From the human T2T-CHM13v2.0 reference genome, Homo sapiens: a DNA stretch of 64,000 bases. How positions within the stretch are numbered: the first letter of the stretch is position 1; every line of letters begins with the position of its first letter. Where the stretch lies: NCBI RefSeq assembly GCF_009914755.1, contig NC_060944.1. One strand, 5' to 3'. The translations under genes were made by a program, and so were the position numbers. Under the pieces are notes generated by a model. That model ran no database searches, was not told the DNA's origin, and worked only from the letters and a program-made list of their open reading frames with translations. This document shows positions 1-35,766 of this stretch, piece after piece.

Positions 1-358
1 CAGCCTGGTGACAGAATGAGATGCTGACATAAAAAAAAAAAAAAAGATATGAAAAAGATATGATCCAAAATAAAGTCCCACACATACTTAATCTATTTCT
101 TCATGCTAAGTGTGCTATTATTATTAACAATATACACATTGATTCAAGTGTTAAGGAAGGCTTTGATCACTTTCTAACATTCCTTTCTCAAAGGTAAATA
201 TGTTGCTTGCATGGTGATCCTTACCTTGACCCCTGTGCCAAGACCTGAAGTTATTCCTTGCTTGGGACCTGGTTATCACTGTGATTCAGAAGCAAAGGAA
301 CAGTAGTTTCAGAATTTCTCTAATTCTAGCTCTGATCCTTATTTGAGAGAGAAATAAA

Positions 359-3958
<3,600 letters not shown>

Positions 3959-4178
3959 TGATCCGCTTGCCTCGGCCTCCCAAAGTGCTGGAATTACAGG
4001 CATCAGCCACCGTACCTGGCCTCCCATGTTCTTTATATAGATGAGAAGCCTGTTTTTCAGTTAACTGATGCAAGGGGGCTGGACTTCTCTCCTTTCAAAT
4101 AAAACCTTGAAGGTCCTGATGTATATTGAAAAGGGCGGCTGGGTGCAGTAGCTTGCGCTTGTAATCTCAGCACTTTGA

Positions 4179-6919
<2,741 letters not shown>

Positions 6920-7385
6920 TGTTACCAGCAGCAAATTTGTACAGATCTGCTGCAAACTCAATCCTTGCCTCTGCAGAGGAAAGCATTTGGCAGGGGCAGA
7001 AGTAGTTTTAAGGCAGAGCAAGAGACAGAGGCAAGCTTAAGAGCAGGAGTGAGAGTTTATTAAAAAGTGTTACAGCAGGAGCAAAAGGAAGCAAAGCACA
7101 TTTGGAAGAGGGAGAAGTGGGCAACTTGGGAGATGCAAGTGCCGTGTTCAGCCCTTGACTTGGGGGTTTATACACTGGCGTGGTTCCAGGGTTTTCTTTT
7201 CTCACTTGATTTTTCCCCTCCCCTTGACTGCTGCATGTGCAGTGGTGGTCAGCACTTGGGAGGGTGACTGCATGCACAGTGCGTTTACTGAGGTTGTGCA
7301 CATGCTCTGTAGGTACAATTTTCCTTTACCAGTCGAACAACCGCAGAGGAAGATCAGACATGGGCCATTTTGCCTCTTAATGCGC
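6920..7385 (-). mobile_element. MER50-like LTR, 3' half
   Basis: Minus strand reads gcgcattaagaggcaaaatggc...aataaactctcactcctgctc...tgctggtaaca. Confidence 0.75.
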
Positions 7386-7619
7386 CAGTCTGGTCTTAAA
7401 CTCCTGACCTCAGGTGACCTGCCCATCTTGGCCTCCCAAAGTGCTGGGATTACAGGCCTGAGCCACCATGCCCAGTCAATTTTTGTTTTTAGTAGAGACA
7501 TGGTTTTGTCATTTTGGCTAGGCTGGTTTTGAACTCCTGGCCTCAAGTGATCTACCTACCTCAGCCTCCCAGACTGCTGAGATTATAGGCATGAGCCACT
7601 GCACCCAGCAGAACCTATC

Positions 7620-8215
7620 ACATTTGTGATGCTTTTGATCACAGTTCTGTCACTAGATTGCTAGCAATTAGATGTATGCAATGAGTAAGCTAACTACTTT
7701 AACACAGTGGTTTGAAGTACTGCAGGCAGTAATGACTGAACACGAAATCACAGCATTTTAATCTGTGACATGTTAGAGAGAATGCCAGGACTCTCTGCAG
7801 TACAAATGTTCTATTAACTAATCCTTGTGCTGCTAAATTATAGGGCTTTGGCTCCTGGGTCTGGAAAAGACACCAGTTCCTACTAAATCTTAAGCACTGA
7901 CACCAGTCAATGCCTTGTCTTCAGACCCCAAGAGGTGACAATCAAAATGAAGTGCTTTCATGAGATATGGGGCCAGAAACTGAAACCGTTCAATCCCTCT
8001 AGGCTCACGGACTATTGCCGAAGAGGTGGGTGTGTGATATTATAGTTAGAGCCAATTTTGAGGGAAAAAATTATCTCAGAGTTTTTCTCTAAATTAAACA
8101 TTAGCATCCAAAGCATACTGACACAAGGCAGGTGTCTGGGCCCCTGTATCAGAATAATGGGGTTTTCTTGGGGGCATTGATTTGATTTGTAATAAAAAAA
8201 AGTATAGGCAAGTTG
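7620..8215. mobile_element. Old MER4-group ERV1 internal fragment (tentative)
   Basis: Recognisable MER4-int-like wording; no intact ORF. Confidence 0.4.
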
Positions 8216-8300
8216 TAATGTAATCTGAGCACTTTGGGAGGCCAAGGCAAGAAGATTACATGAGGCCAGGAGTTTGAGACCAGCCTGGGCAACATAGTGA

Positions 8301-9795
<1,495 letters not shown>

Positions 9796-9866
9796 CGGTA
9801 ATCCCAGTTACTCAGGAGGCTGAAGCATGAGAATCACTTGAACCCACGAGGCGGAGATTGCAGTGA

Positions 9867-10151
<285 letters not shown>

Positions 10152-10567
10152 TAGCCAGGATGGTCTCAATCTCCTGACCTCGTGATCCCCCTGTCTCAGC
10201 CTCCCAAAGTGCTGGGATTACAGGTGTGAGCCACCGCGCCCAGCCAAAAATAAAGAAAAAATTTAAGAAAATTAAAAAAGAAAAAAGAGCATCATCTCCC
10301 ATTTCCAAGATTGGTTTCTAGATACAGTAATCCGGTAACTTTCACCATTAGAATCTTTAAACCAGTGCAACACTTGTACATATATTGATTTTAAGTACAC
10401 AAATGAAGGCCCAACAGTGAGAGAAGGCTTAGGATCAAAAATCACTAGAAAGTCTCAGTTTTTTTGTTACTACTTAATCACTTAATTTTAATAATAGTAA
10501 AACAGGCCAGGCACAGTGGCTCATACCTGTAATCCCAGCGCTTTTGGAGGCCAAGGTGGACGGATCA

Positions 10568-10810
<243 letters not shown>

Positions 10811-10913
10811 TCAAGCCTATAATCCCAGCACTTTGGGAGGCTGAGGCAGGTGGATCACGAGGTCAGGAGATCGAGACCAGCCTGGCCAATATGGTGAAAC
10901 CTCGTCTCTACTA

Positions 10914-11295
<382 letters not shown>

Positions 11296-11329
11296 TTATA
11301 AAAGGTCACCTGTTTTTAATTGTTTATTA

Positions 11330-14144
<2,815 letters not shown>

Positions 14145-14624
14145 GAGTGTGCTATTTTTTTGTATGTTTTGTAGAGACGGAGTCACGCCATGTTGCCCAG
14201 GTTGGTCTTGAACTCCTGGCCTCAAGTGACCCATCCGCCTCAGCCTCCCAAAGTGCTGGGATCACAACAAGCATGAGCCACCGCCCCCGGCCTGATCATA
14301 CATTTTTATTTCCCTTTAATTTTGTATGTGTTGGGTTCATGGGTCAAATGGTAAGTATATGTCAAACTTCATAAGATATTGCCATATTCTTTCCCAAAGT
14401 GGCTACTACCCATTTTGCATTCCAACCAGCAATGTGTAAAAGTTCTAGTTGTTCTACATCAAGGCCATCTTTAGAAGTGAATCTTCCCAGACTTTAAAAA
14501 ACATGCATATATTATGTATTTTTAATGTAAAAATGGTTCACAGATATCACTTAATATATCAGGGTCATCCTTGTATTGTCTAAATTAGACTTCTGTGACA
14601 ATTTTTTTAATTAATTTTTTTTGA

Positions 14625-15449
<825 letters not shown>

Positions 15450-15802
15450 TGAGACAGAGTCTAGTTCTGACCCCCAGGCTGCAGTGCGGTGGGGCAATCT
15501 AAGCTCACTGCAAGCTCCACCTCCCGGGTTCACGCCATTCTCCTGCCTCAGCCTCTTGAGTAGCTGGGACTATAGGTGCCCGCCACCATACCTGGCTAAT
15601 TTTTTGTATTTTTAGTAGAGACGGGGTTTCACCGTGTTAGCCAGGATGATCTCTATCTCCTGAACTCGTGATCCACCCGCCTCGGCCTCCCAAAGTGCTG
15701 GGATTACAGGCGTGAGCCACCATGCCCGGCCGATACAGGATTGTTAAAATACTGAAGGTATTTCATCACATAAAGGTATTTTTGGACAGGCATGGTGACT
15801 CA

Positions 15803-18531
<2,729 letters not shown>

Positions 18532-18650
18532 CAGGCCTGAGCCACCGTGCCCAGCCAATTTTTGTATTTTTAGTAGAGACATAGTTTCGTCATTTTGGCC
18601 AGGCTGGCATCGAACTCCTGACCTCAAGTGACCCGCCTGCCTTGGCATCC

Positions 18651-19172
<522 letters not shown>

Positions 19173-19486
19173 TCATGGAGACAATGATACAGGGTGGCCC
19201 AAAACCACAGGTGCAAGAGACCAAAGTACCTACAGAACAGCGATGAAGGCGAGTCCCCACCTATAGGCACAAAACAGATTTCCCCTAGGACAGAGTTGAA
19301 GGCTGGTCCCGGAAATGGGACAAGACCAGGGTTAGGGTACCCAGTAAGCACTGGTTCATTCTGGAGCCCCTAGGATGAATGGGGGGACACCCTGTTCAGT
19401 CCGGTCTGCCATAAGTGCAGGAAAAAGATAGTAGGGAAACTAGAAGAGATGCCTTTTCCCTTCTCTCCTCTGCTCTCTCTTCACAG

Positions 19487-22013
<2,527 letters not shown>

Positions 22014-22104
22014 TGATCCGCCCACCTCGGCCTCCCAAAGTGCTGGGATTACAGGCATGAGCCATTGCGCCCGGCCCCCTTTGTTTCTTTTTGACATCTC
22101 TACT

Positions 22105-23229
<1,125 letters not shown>

Positions 23230-23507
23230 ATACGACTTTCACCAACCCGCAAAGCCACCCTTGCTGGAATCACAGAAGCCTCCTTGAGATTTTGGTCCAC
23301 GAAGACATGGACCAAAAAACAGCAAAAGTGGGCCGGGTGCGGTGACTCATGCCTGTAATCCCAGCACTTTGGGAGGCCAAGGCAGGTGGATCACCTGTGG
23401 CCGGAAGTTAGAGACCAGCCTGGCCAACACGGTGAAACCCTGTTTCTACTAAAAAATATAAAAATTAGCTGGGCGTGGTAGTGTGTGTCTGTAATCCCAG
23501 GTAATCA

Positions 23508-24526
<1,019 letters not shown>

Positions 24527-24770
24527 ATTCCCCTGGAGATTATGATTTCACTGGTCAAGGGTGGAGCCTAGGAATCAGTATTGTTAACACGTCTCTCAGA
24601 TAATCCTGTCCTTGCTCATTAGGAAACTGCAACTCTAAAATAAACATCAAATTTTGTCATTGTAGATCTATTTAAAATTAAAACCTCTTCAGTGGCTCCC
24701 TGATGTGGTTTAGATTTGTGTCCCTACCCAAATCTCATGTCAAACTGTAATCCCCAGTGTTGGAAGAGGG

Positions 24771-25100
24771 TGTCAGTTTCCAATCTGAGCTGGGGTCCAA
24801 GAGGAGTTGGTGGATGGGTGGCGGGTAGCTGAAAAAACACTCTAGGGAGTATAGGCAGTTGGGACATGGCCTTATTATCTCTCTCTCTCCTACAGAGTCA
24901 GCAGAGCAGTTATATTTTCACAGACAATAGTGGCTCAAAGCCAGGTATGAGCTCACACAAACAGGATACATCAAAATGGCTACATAAATGTGATTACATA
25001 CTGCATGCAATTGTGCACCTGTGGTCCCAACCTGCTGTCATGCTGTACTGGATGTCTGCCTCAGCCCACTCCTGACTGAAGCACAGCCATTTTCCTTACA
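24771..25100 (-). mobile_element. Solo LTR18-like (ERVL) LTR nested in the MST LTR
   Basis: Minus strand TGTAAGGAAAATGGCTGTGC...TGACA, 330 bp, 5-bp TSD gaggg. Confidence 0.78.
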
Positions 25101-25974
25101 GAGGGGCCTGGTGGAAGGTGATTGGATCATGGAGGCATATTTCCCTCTTTCTGTTCTCGTGATAGTGATTTCTCACAAGATCTGGTAGTTTAAAAGTGTG
25201 TAGCCCCTCCCCCTGCTCTCTCTTCCTCCTGCTCCGGCCACATAAGATGTGCCTCCTTCCTTTTCACCTTCCGCCAATGATTGTAAGTTTCCTAAGGCCT
25301 CTCCAGCCAGCTTCCTGTACAGCCCACAGAACTGTAAGCCAATTAAACCTCTTTTCTTATAAATTACCCAGTTTCAGGTATTTATTTATAGCCGTGAGAG
25401 AACAAACTAATACAGAAAATTGGTACTGGAAAGTAGGGGCATTGCTGTAAAGATACCTGAATATATGGAAGCAGCTTTGGAATTGGGTAATGGGCAGAGG
25501 TTGGAATGGTTTGGAGGGCTCGGAAGAAGACAGAAAGTTGAGAGGAAGTTTGGAACTTCCTAGAGACTTGTTAAATTGTGACCTAAATGCTGAAAGTGAT
25601 CTGGACAATGAAGTCCAGGCTGAGGTGGTCTCAGATGGAGATGAGGAACTTATTGGGAACTGGAGTAAAGGTCACTCTTGCTATGCTTTAGCAAAGACAC
25701 TGGAGCTTTGATCCAGTGCCCTAGAGATCTGTGGAGCTTTGAACTTGAGAGAGATGATATAGGGTATCTGGTGGAAGAAATTTCTAGGCAGCAAAGCATT
25801 AGAGATGTGGTCTGGCTGCTTCTAATAGTGTATGCTTATACGCGTGAATAAAGAGTTGATCTACAACTGGAACTTATATTTAAAAGGCAAGCAGAGCATG
25901 AAAGTGTGGAAAATTTGCAGCCTGGCCATGTGGTAGAAAAGAAAAACCCTTGGGAGGCCGAGGCGGGTGGATTA

Positions 25975-26286
<312 letters not shown>

Positions 26287-26640
26287 CTAAGACAATGAGG
26301 AAAAGGTCTCAAAGGCATTTCAGAGAACTTTGCAGCAGCCCCACCCAGAAAAGTGGGGGCAGAGGCCTAGGAGGGAAGAATGGTTTTGCAAGCCAGGCCC
26401 AGGGTCCTGCTGCCCTGCGCCTTGCCTCCCCAGCCATGCTTCCAGTACAACCTGTGGAACAATGAACCAATGAAACCTTTCTGTTTTGTTGTTGTTGTTG
26501 TTGCTTTTTGAGACGGAGTCTCACTCTGTCGCCCAGGCTGGAGTGCAATGGCATGATCTTGGCTCACTGCAACCTCCGCCTCCCAAGTTCAAGTAATTCT
26601 CCTGCCTCGGCCTCCCTCCCGAATAGCCTGGATAACAGGC

Positions 26641-27114
26641 TGTCAGGCCTCTGAGCTGAAGCTCAGCCATTATAACCCCTGTGACCTGCACATACACATC
26701 TAGGTGGCCTGCAGGAGCCAAGAAGTCTGGAGCAGCAAAAGAAAAAAACTACAAAGAAGTAAAACAGCGAGTTCCTGCCTTAACTGATTAACTAACATTA
26801 CAATATTTTATTATTGTGACTTGTCCCTGCCCTACCTTAGCTGATCAATCAACTTTGTGACATTCTTCTTCTGGACAATGAGTCTTATGATCTCTCCACC
26901 ATGCACCTTGTAAACCCCTCCTCTGCTAACAATAGATAACCACCTTTTGCTATAATTTTCCATTACCTACCCAACTCCTATAAAGCAACCCATTCCCTAT
27001 CTCCCTTCGCTGACTCTCTTTTCGGACTCAGCCCACTTGCACCCAAGTGAATAAACAGCTTTATTGCTCACACAAAGCCTGTTTGGTCGTCTCTTCACAC
27101 GGACTCACTTGACA
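26641..27114 (+). mobile_element. Solo LTR7-family (HERV-H; LTR7C-like) LTR nested in an Alu
   Basis: TGTCAGGCCTCTGAGC...CTTGACA, TATAAA 26979, AATAAA 27050, perfect 5-bp TSD caggc. Confidence 0.88.
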
Positions 27115-27297
27115 CAGGCGTCCACCACCACGGTCGGCTAATTTTTGTATTTTTAATAGAGACAGGGTTTCACCATGTTGGCCAGGCTGGTCTCGAACTC
27201 CTGACCTCAAGTGATCCACCTGCCTCGGCCTCCCAAAATGTTGGGATTATAGGTGTGAGCCACCGTGCCTGGCTGAAACCTCCTTTCTGGTAAATTA

Positions 27298-27564
<267 letters not shown>

Positions 27565-28689
27565 TTAAAAAAAAAAAAAAAAAAAAAAAGAAAATTTCCC
27601 CAGGTGCAGCCAATGTTGAGAACCACCAGAAATAATCAAGCCTGAGCTGTTTAACCTGGTGTTGAAAACCCAACCATGAAAGCCTCCTGCCTGCCGAAAT
27701 AGCCCCATTTTCTATGACACTTGTGCATATGCACGCTACAGTCCAGCTTTGCCAGATTATCTTCAAATAGGGTCATCTAAGGATTTAAAACATTAAATTA
27801 CCTGTAATTCCCAAACCTATGGTACTTTCACACATCTAGGTCTTTCCACAGTTTATTCTCACTTTGTCTTGAATACTTTTACTGTCCTGGCAAACAGTTA
27901 TTTTCCCACAAGGATGAAACTACTGGCTGAGCACAGTGGCTCATGTCTGTAATCCCAGCACTTGGGGAGGCAGAGGCAGGCGGATCACTTGAGGTCAGGA
28001 GTTCAAGACCAGCCTGACCAACATGGTGAAACCCGTCTCTACTTAAAAATACAAAAGTTAGCCGGGCATGATGGCAGGTGCCTGTAATCCCAGCTACTCA
28101 GGAGGCAGAGGCAGGACAATTGCTTGAACCCGGGAGGTGGAGGTTGTAGTCAGCCAAGATTGTGCTACTGCACTCCAGCCTGGGCAATAGAGCAAGACTC
28201 TCCTTTTAGAGGTTCCTCTGGCACATGTGCTGAGGTAGAGTAAAACACTTCCTTCTTTGTGCTAAACTACCCCTCTTGGCACAGAGCTGTATTACTATAC
28301 TTATCATATGAGGGGCTAGCAATATTATATCTTGAGTACAGGTACTATGTCTGGTTCATCTTTATATCCCTTGCACCTAGCCGAGGGTAGGAACAGAGTA
28401 GGCAGCCAATAAATGCTTTTTGGCTTAGTGAAAGCACTCACAAGGAACAAAATTAAAACAAGCAGGAACATTACCCTTTTTATAAAAAATCTGAATATAA
28501 TCTAATCATCTAACCACACTTTTTTTTTTTTTGTTTGTAGAGACAGGTGTCTCACTATGTTTCTTAGGATGGTCTTCAACTCTTGGCCTCAAGTGATCCT
28601 TCTGCCTTGGCCTCCCAAAGTGCTGGGATTAGAGGCATGAGTCACCACACTTGGCCCACATTAAGATCTTAATTAGGAAAGAATTTTTA

Positions 28690-28950
<261 letters not shown>

Positions 28951-29116
28951 TCAAGAAAAAAAAAAAAAAAGAATTTTTAAGCTGTAGGTCTCATGTGGAG
29001 AAATACACCTTGAAAGCACTCCAAAGAGAGTAATGAGCCATTTCCTTAATTAACTATAACGTAGTTCACATGTTCATTCCAAGGCCTTGAAATAATCCTG
29101 TTTCTTCATATGTATC

Positions 29117-32338
<3,222 letters not shown>

Positions 32339-32344
32339 GTATCT

Positions 32345-32404
32345 AAGACTTAAAAAAAAATTTAAGGTGAAATCAAGACTTAAAAAAAAATTTAAGGTGA
32401 AATC
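32345..32404. repeat. Perfect 30-bp tandem duplication
   Basis: aagacttaaaaaaaaatttaaggtgaaatc x2. Confidence 0.95.
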
Positions 32405-32719
32405 TACATAACACAAAATTAACCATTTTTAAATGTCCAATACAGTGGCATTTAGTAAATTCACAATGTTATGCAACTACACCACCTCTATCAAGTTCCA
32501 AAATAGTTTCATCACTCCCCCCCCAAAAAACTCTGTATCCATTAAGCAGTTATTTTTCATTTTCCCCCTAGACCCTGGAAACCACAGGAACATTAACTTT
32601 TAAGTTATTCTAAGGAATTTTAGAGACATAGATATTAAAACAGACAGATTTCAGATGGCTGTGCAACTGCTTCCAGTCATACAGAAAAGAGTTTTTTTTC
32701 AATAATCTCAATTCCAATT

Positions 32720-32725
32720 TTTATT
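32720..32725 (-). terminator. Distal polyadenylation signal AATAAA of RBL1
   Basis: tttatt on + strand at the boundary between UTR-like unique sequence and the downstream L1/THE1 repeats. Confidence 0.6.
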
Positions 32726-33535
32726 AGCCATTCTATGTACATTGATACCAAGTCCTGAAAACTGATAAAAACATGTCCAGAATTTCTTTTTTTCCTTTTC
32801 TGAGAAAGGGTCTTGCCCTCTCACCTAGGATGGAGTGTAGTGGTGCAATCACAGCTCACTGCAGCCTCAGAATCTCCCAGTCTCAAGTGATCCTCTCATG
32901 TCAGTCTCCTGAGTAGCTGGGACTACAGGCACATGCCATCACACCCAACTAATTTTTTTATTTTTTGTAGAGATGAGGGCTATGTTGCCCAGGTTAGTCT
33001 TGAACTCCTGGACTGAAGCAATCCTCCTGCCTCAGCCTCCCAAAGTGTTGGGATTATAGGCATGAGCCACAGGACCTGGCCCATGGTTTCTTATACAGTC
33101 AATGTACAAATGCTCATTTATATTTTGCACAATAATGAAGATAAAAATAACAATTATAGCAACATACAAATATGTACAAAGATTCCAGACAGACTTTGTT
33201 TTTTGGCTTATAACAATGTGTAGATACTACACAAAGAATGAGGATGTAATTTTCATTTACAAGCAAAATGTGACCAAAATCCCTTTTCTTCTTAAAATTG
33301 AAAAATGAAATTCTTGAGAATACTAATTAGTGACGGCCAAATCTTAGACTATTTTAAATTAGCCATGGTTAAACATAGGTGAGTTAAACATTGTGCCTTT
33401 CCAAAATTAAGGTTTGCAGTTAGAAACATAAACATTTGATAAAACTTCTCAAAATTAATTATGAGTGGCTTATTCATGTCCTTTGGATTCCAGACACACA
33501 CTAGAAAAAGTAAACGTTAAAGAGGTGATATTTTG

Positions 33536-33749
33536 GAAAGCATCCCTAGTACTGAAAAGCATCCCTAGCACTGAAAAAAGCATCCCTAGTACTGAAAAGC
33601 ATCCCTAACACTGAAAAAAGCATCCCTAGTACTGAAAAACATCTTCAGGAGTACTCAGTACTCCCTAGTACATCCCTAGTACTGAAAAAAGCATCCCTAA
33701 TACTGAAAAGCATCCCTAGTACTAAAAAACATCTTCAGGAGTACCCAGT
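33536..33749. repeat. Complex 19-21 bp minisatellite in the RBL1 3' UTR
   Basis: About 8 copies of aaaagcatccctagtactg with two aaaaacatcttcaggagtac terminal blocks. Confidence 0.93.
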
Positions 33750-34528
33750 GGTCAAACACTAGCAGGAAACTCATGATGCACTAACAATACTGAGAACAAA
33801 GTGTGGGAAGTAATAAGCAGCTATTTTACTGATGTATTAAATATATTAGAATTATGAGGCATGAGATGATATTTATGTGATTTTTAAAAGGTTTAAAATA
33901 TTCTTAGGGACTCAATTAGATATTGAGAATGACTGATAACTATGATCTCAAAAACAGTATATCACACATAATCATGGTGTTACCTTACTAATAGGAATTT
34001 AGTTTTTAATAACTAACTGAATTTTATTTTACTGGCTTCAGAAGCAGCTGCCTATTTTGAGAACTACATGAGTTAATACGATCATATATAATTAAGTTAA
34101 TGTCACAGAAACCAAAATGATAATAGTTTACAAAAGAAGAAAGTGCCCCATTTATTGGGTTGTGACATCAGGCTGAGATGGCTTAGGGCTGGAAAGCAAG
34201 GATGAGTGTAGCACTGGGGCTCAGGTACAAATCTGTTTATAAAGCTCAAGGAGAGAAAAGGCACGAGAAGGGGTGAGACAACTCTGAATGGCGGTGGTAC
34301 CTGGATGTGGAATTACCACAGTGGGCCAGAGACAGGATGGTATATAACCCTCTGGCCAGGTACTATGGGAACCAACCCCTTCCTTCAATATTAAATTAAG
34401 AATACAAATATCTCAAAGCATGCTATCAAAAGTAGATTATTTATCCTCATATTACAGAACACAGAAGGAGACATTTATTTTTAAAAGAGAGCTAAAAAGT
34501 TATGGGGTTTCTCCTTATTTCATCTTGA

Positions 34529-34873
<345 letters not shown>

Positions 34874-35069
34874 TAGTATTTTTAAAAGGCACTTAAAATA
34901 TTCCTTTCCAATCCAACTCAAAATACATCTCTGTCAACTACATTTTGGATAAATATTTTAAAAAGCACATAATTTTTGTGCAATTTTTTCTTATAACCCA
35001 GTGATATTTATCATCTATAGGGCTAAAAGGTTTGAAGGACAGAGCTCCAACTTTCTGCAGAACAATCTG

Positions 35070-35076
35070 AAAGTGC
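35070..35076 (-). promoter_or_regulatory. miR-17/20/93/106 family seed match (GCACUUU) in RBL1 3' UTR; second site at 34140-34146
   Basis: aaagtgc on + strand outside Alu; Rb-family mRNAs are established miR-17-family targets. Confidence 0.6.
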
Positions 35077-35101
35077 TTTTATCATAGAAACAAGAACAAC
35101 A

Positions 35102-35272
35102 TTAATGATTTGCTCTTTCACTGACAACATCCTGTAGTCGTTTCAGTAAAACGTCATCATTTTCTTGACAGACGCGTTTGGCAGGGGATTCTGCATCACT
35201 ATCGATGGCTATTACTCGCTTCTTGGTTCTCTGCTCACCTTGCCTTATCATGTTGTTGATATCTTTCAAACT
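35102..35272 (-). CDS. RBL1: RBL1 last coding exon including TAA stop
   Basis: ctgcacAG acceptor; 171 nt = SLKDINNMIRQGEQRTKKRVIAIDSDAESPAKRVCQENDDVLLKRLQDVVSERANH*, the p107 C-terminus. Confidence 0.97.
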   Translation of the reverse strand, partial: SLKDINNMIRQGEQRTKKRVIAIDSDAESPAKRVCQENDDVLLKRLQDVVSERANH

Positions 35273-35766
35273 CTGTGCAGAAATAGAGAACGTGTGTGAG
35301 TAAAAGAGGGAGAGGGGAAATGGCAGCAAACAACCAAGCTAATTGTTTTTTCCTGTGCTCTATCCTCTATCCAAATCTTAACACTGGGATAAGGACTCTT
35401 TTTAAAACTTAGAACAACCTAATAAGGGATGGCTTGAACTAATCTTTTCAGGTGGTTTAAAAATTAGATTTAAGGCCAGGTGTGGTGGCCTGTAATACCA
35501 GCACTTTGGGAGGCCAAGATGGTTCAATCACTTGAGCCCAGGAGTTTCAGACCAGCCTGGGCAACATGGCAAACCTGGTCTCTACAAAAAATACAAAAAT
35601 TAGCCAGGTGTGGTGGCTTGTGCCTGTAGTCTCAGCTACTCGGGAGGTTAAGGAGCATCACCTGAGCCTGGGGAGGTTGAAGCTGCAGTGAGCAGTGATC
35701 ATGCCTGGGAAACAGAGTGAGACCTTGTCTCAAAAACCAAACCAAGAATAGAAAAATAAGCTTCCC

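Noticed and set aside
33536-33749. Regular ~20-bp repeats resembling a CRISPR array
   Set aside because: No unique spacers, no cas genes, eukaryotic 3' UTR context; it is a tandem repeat
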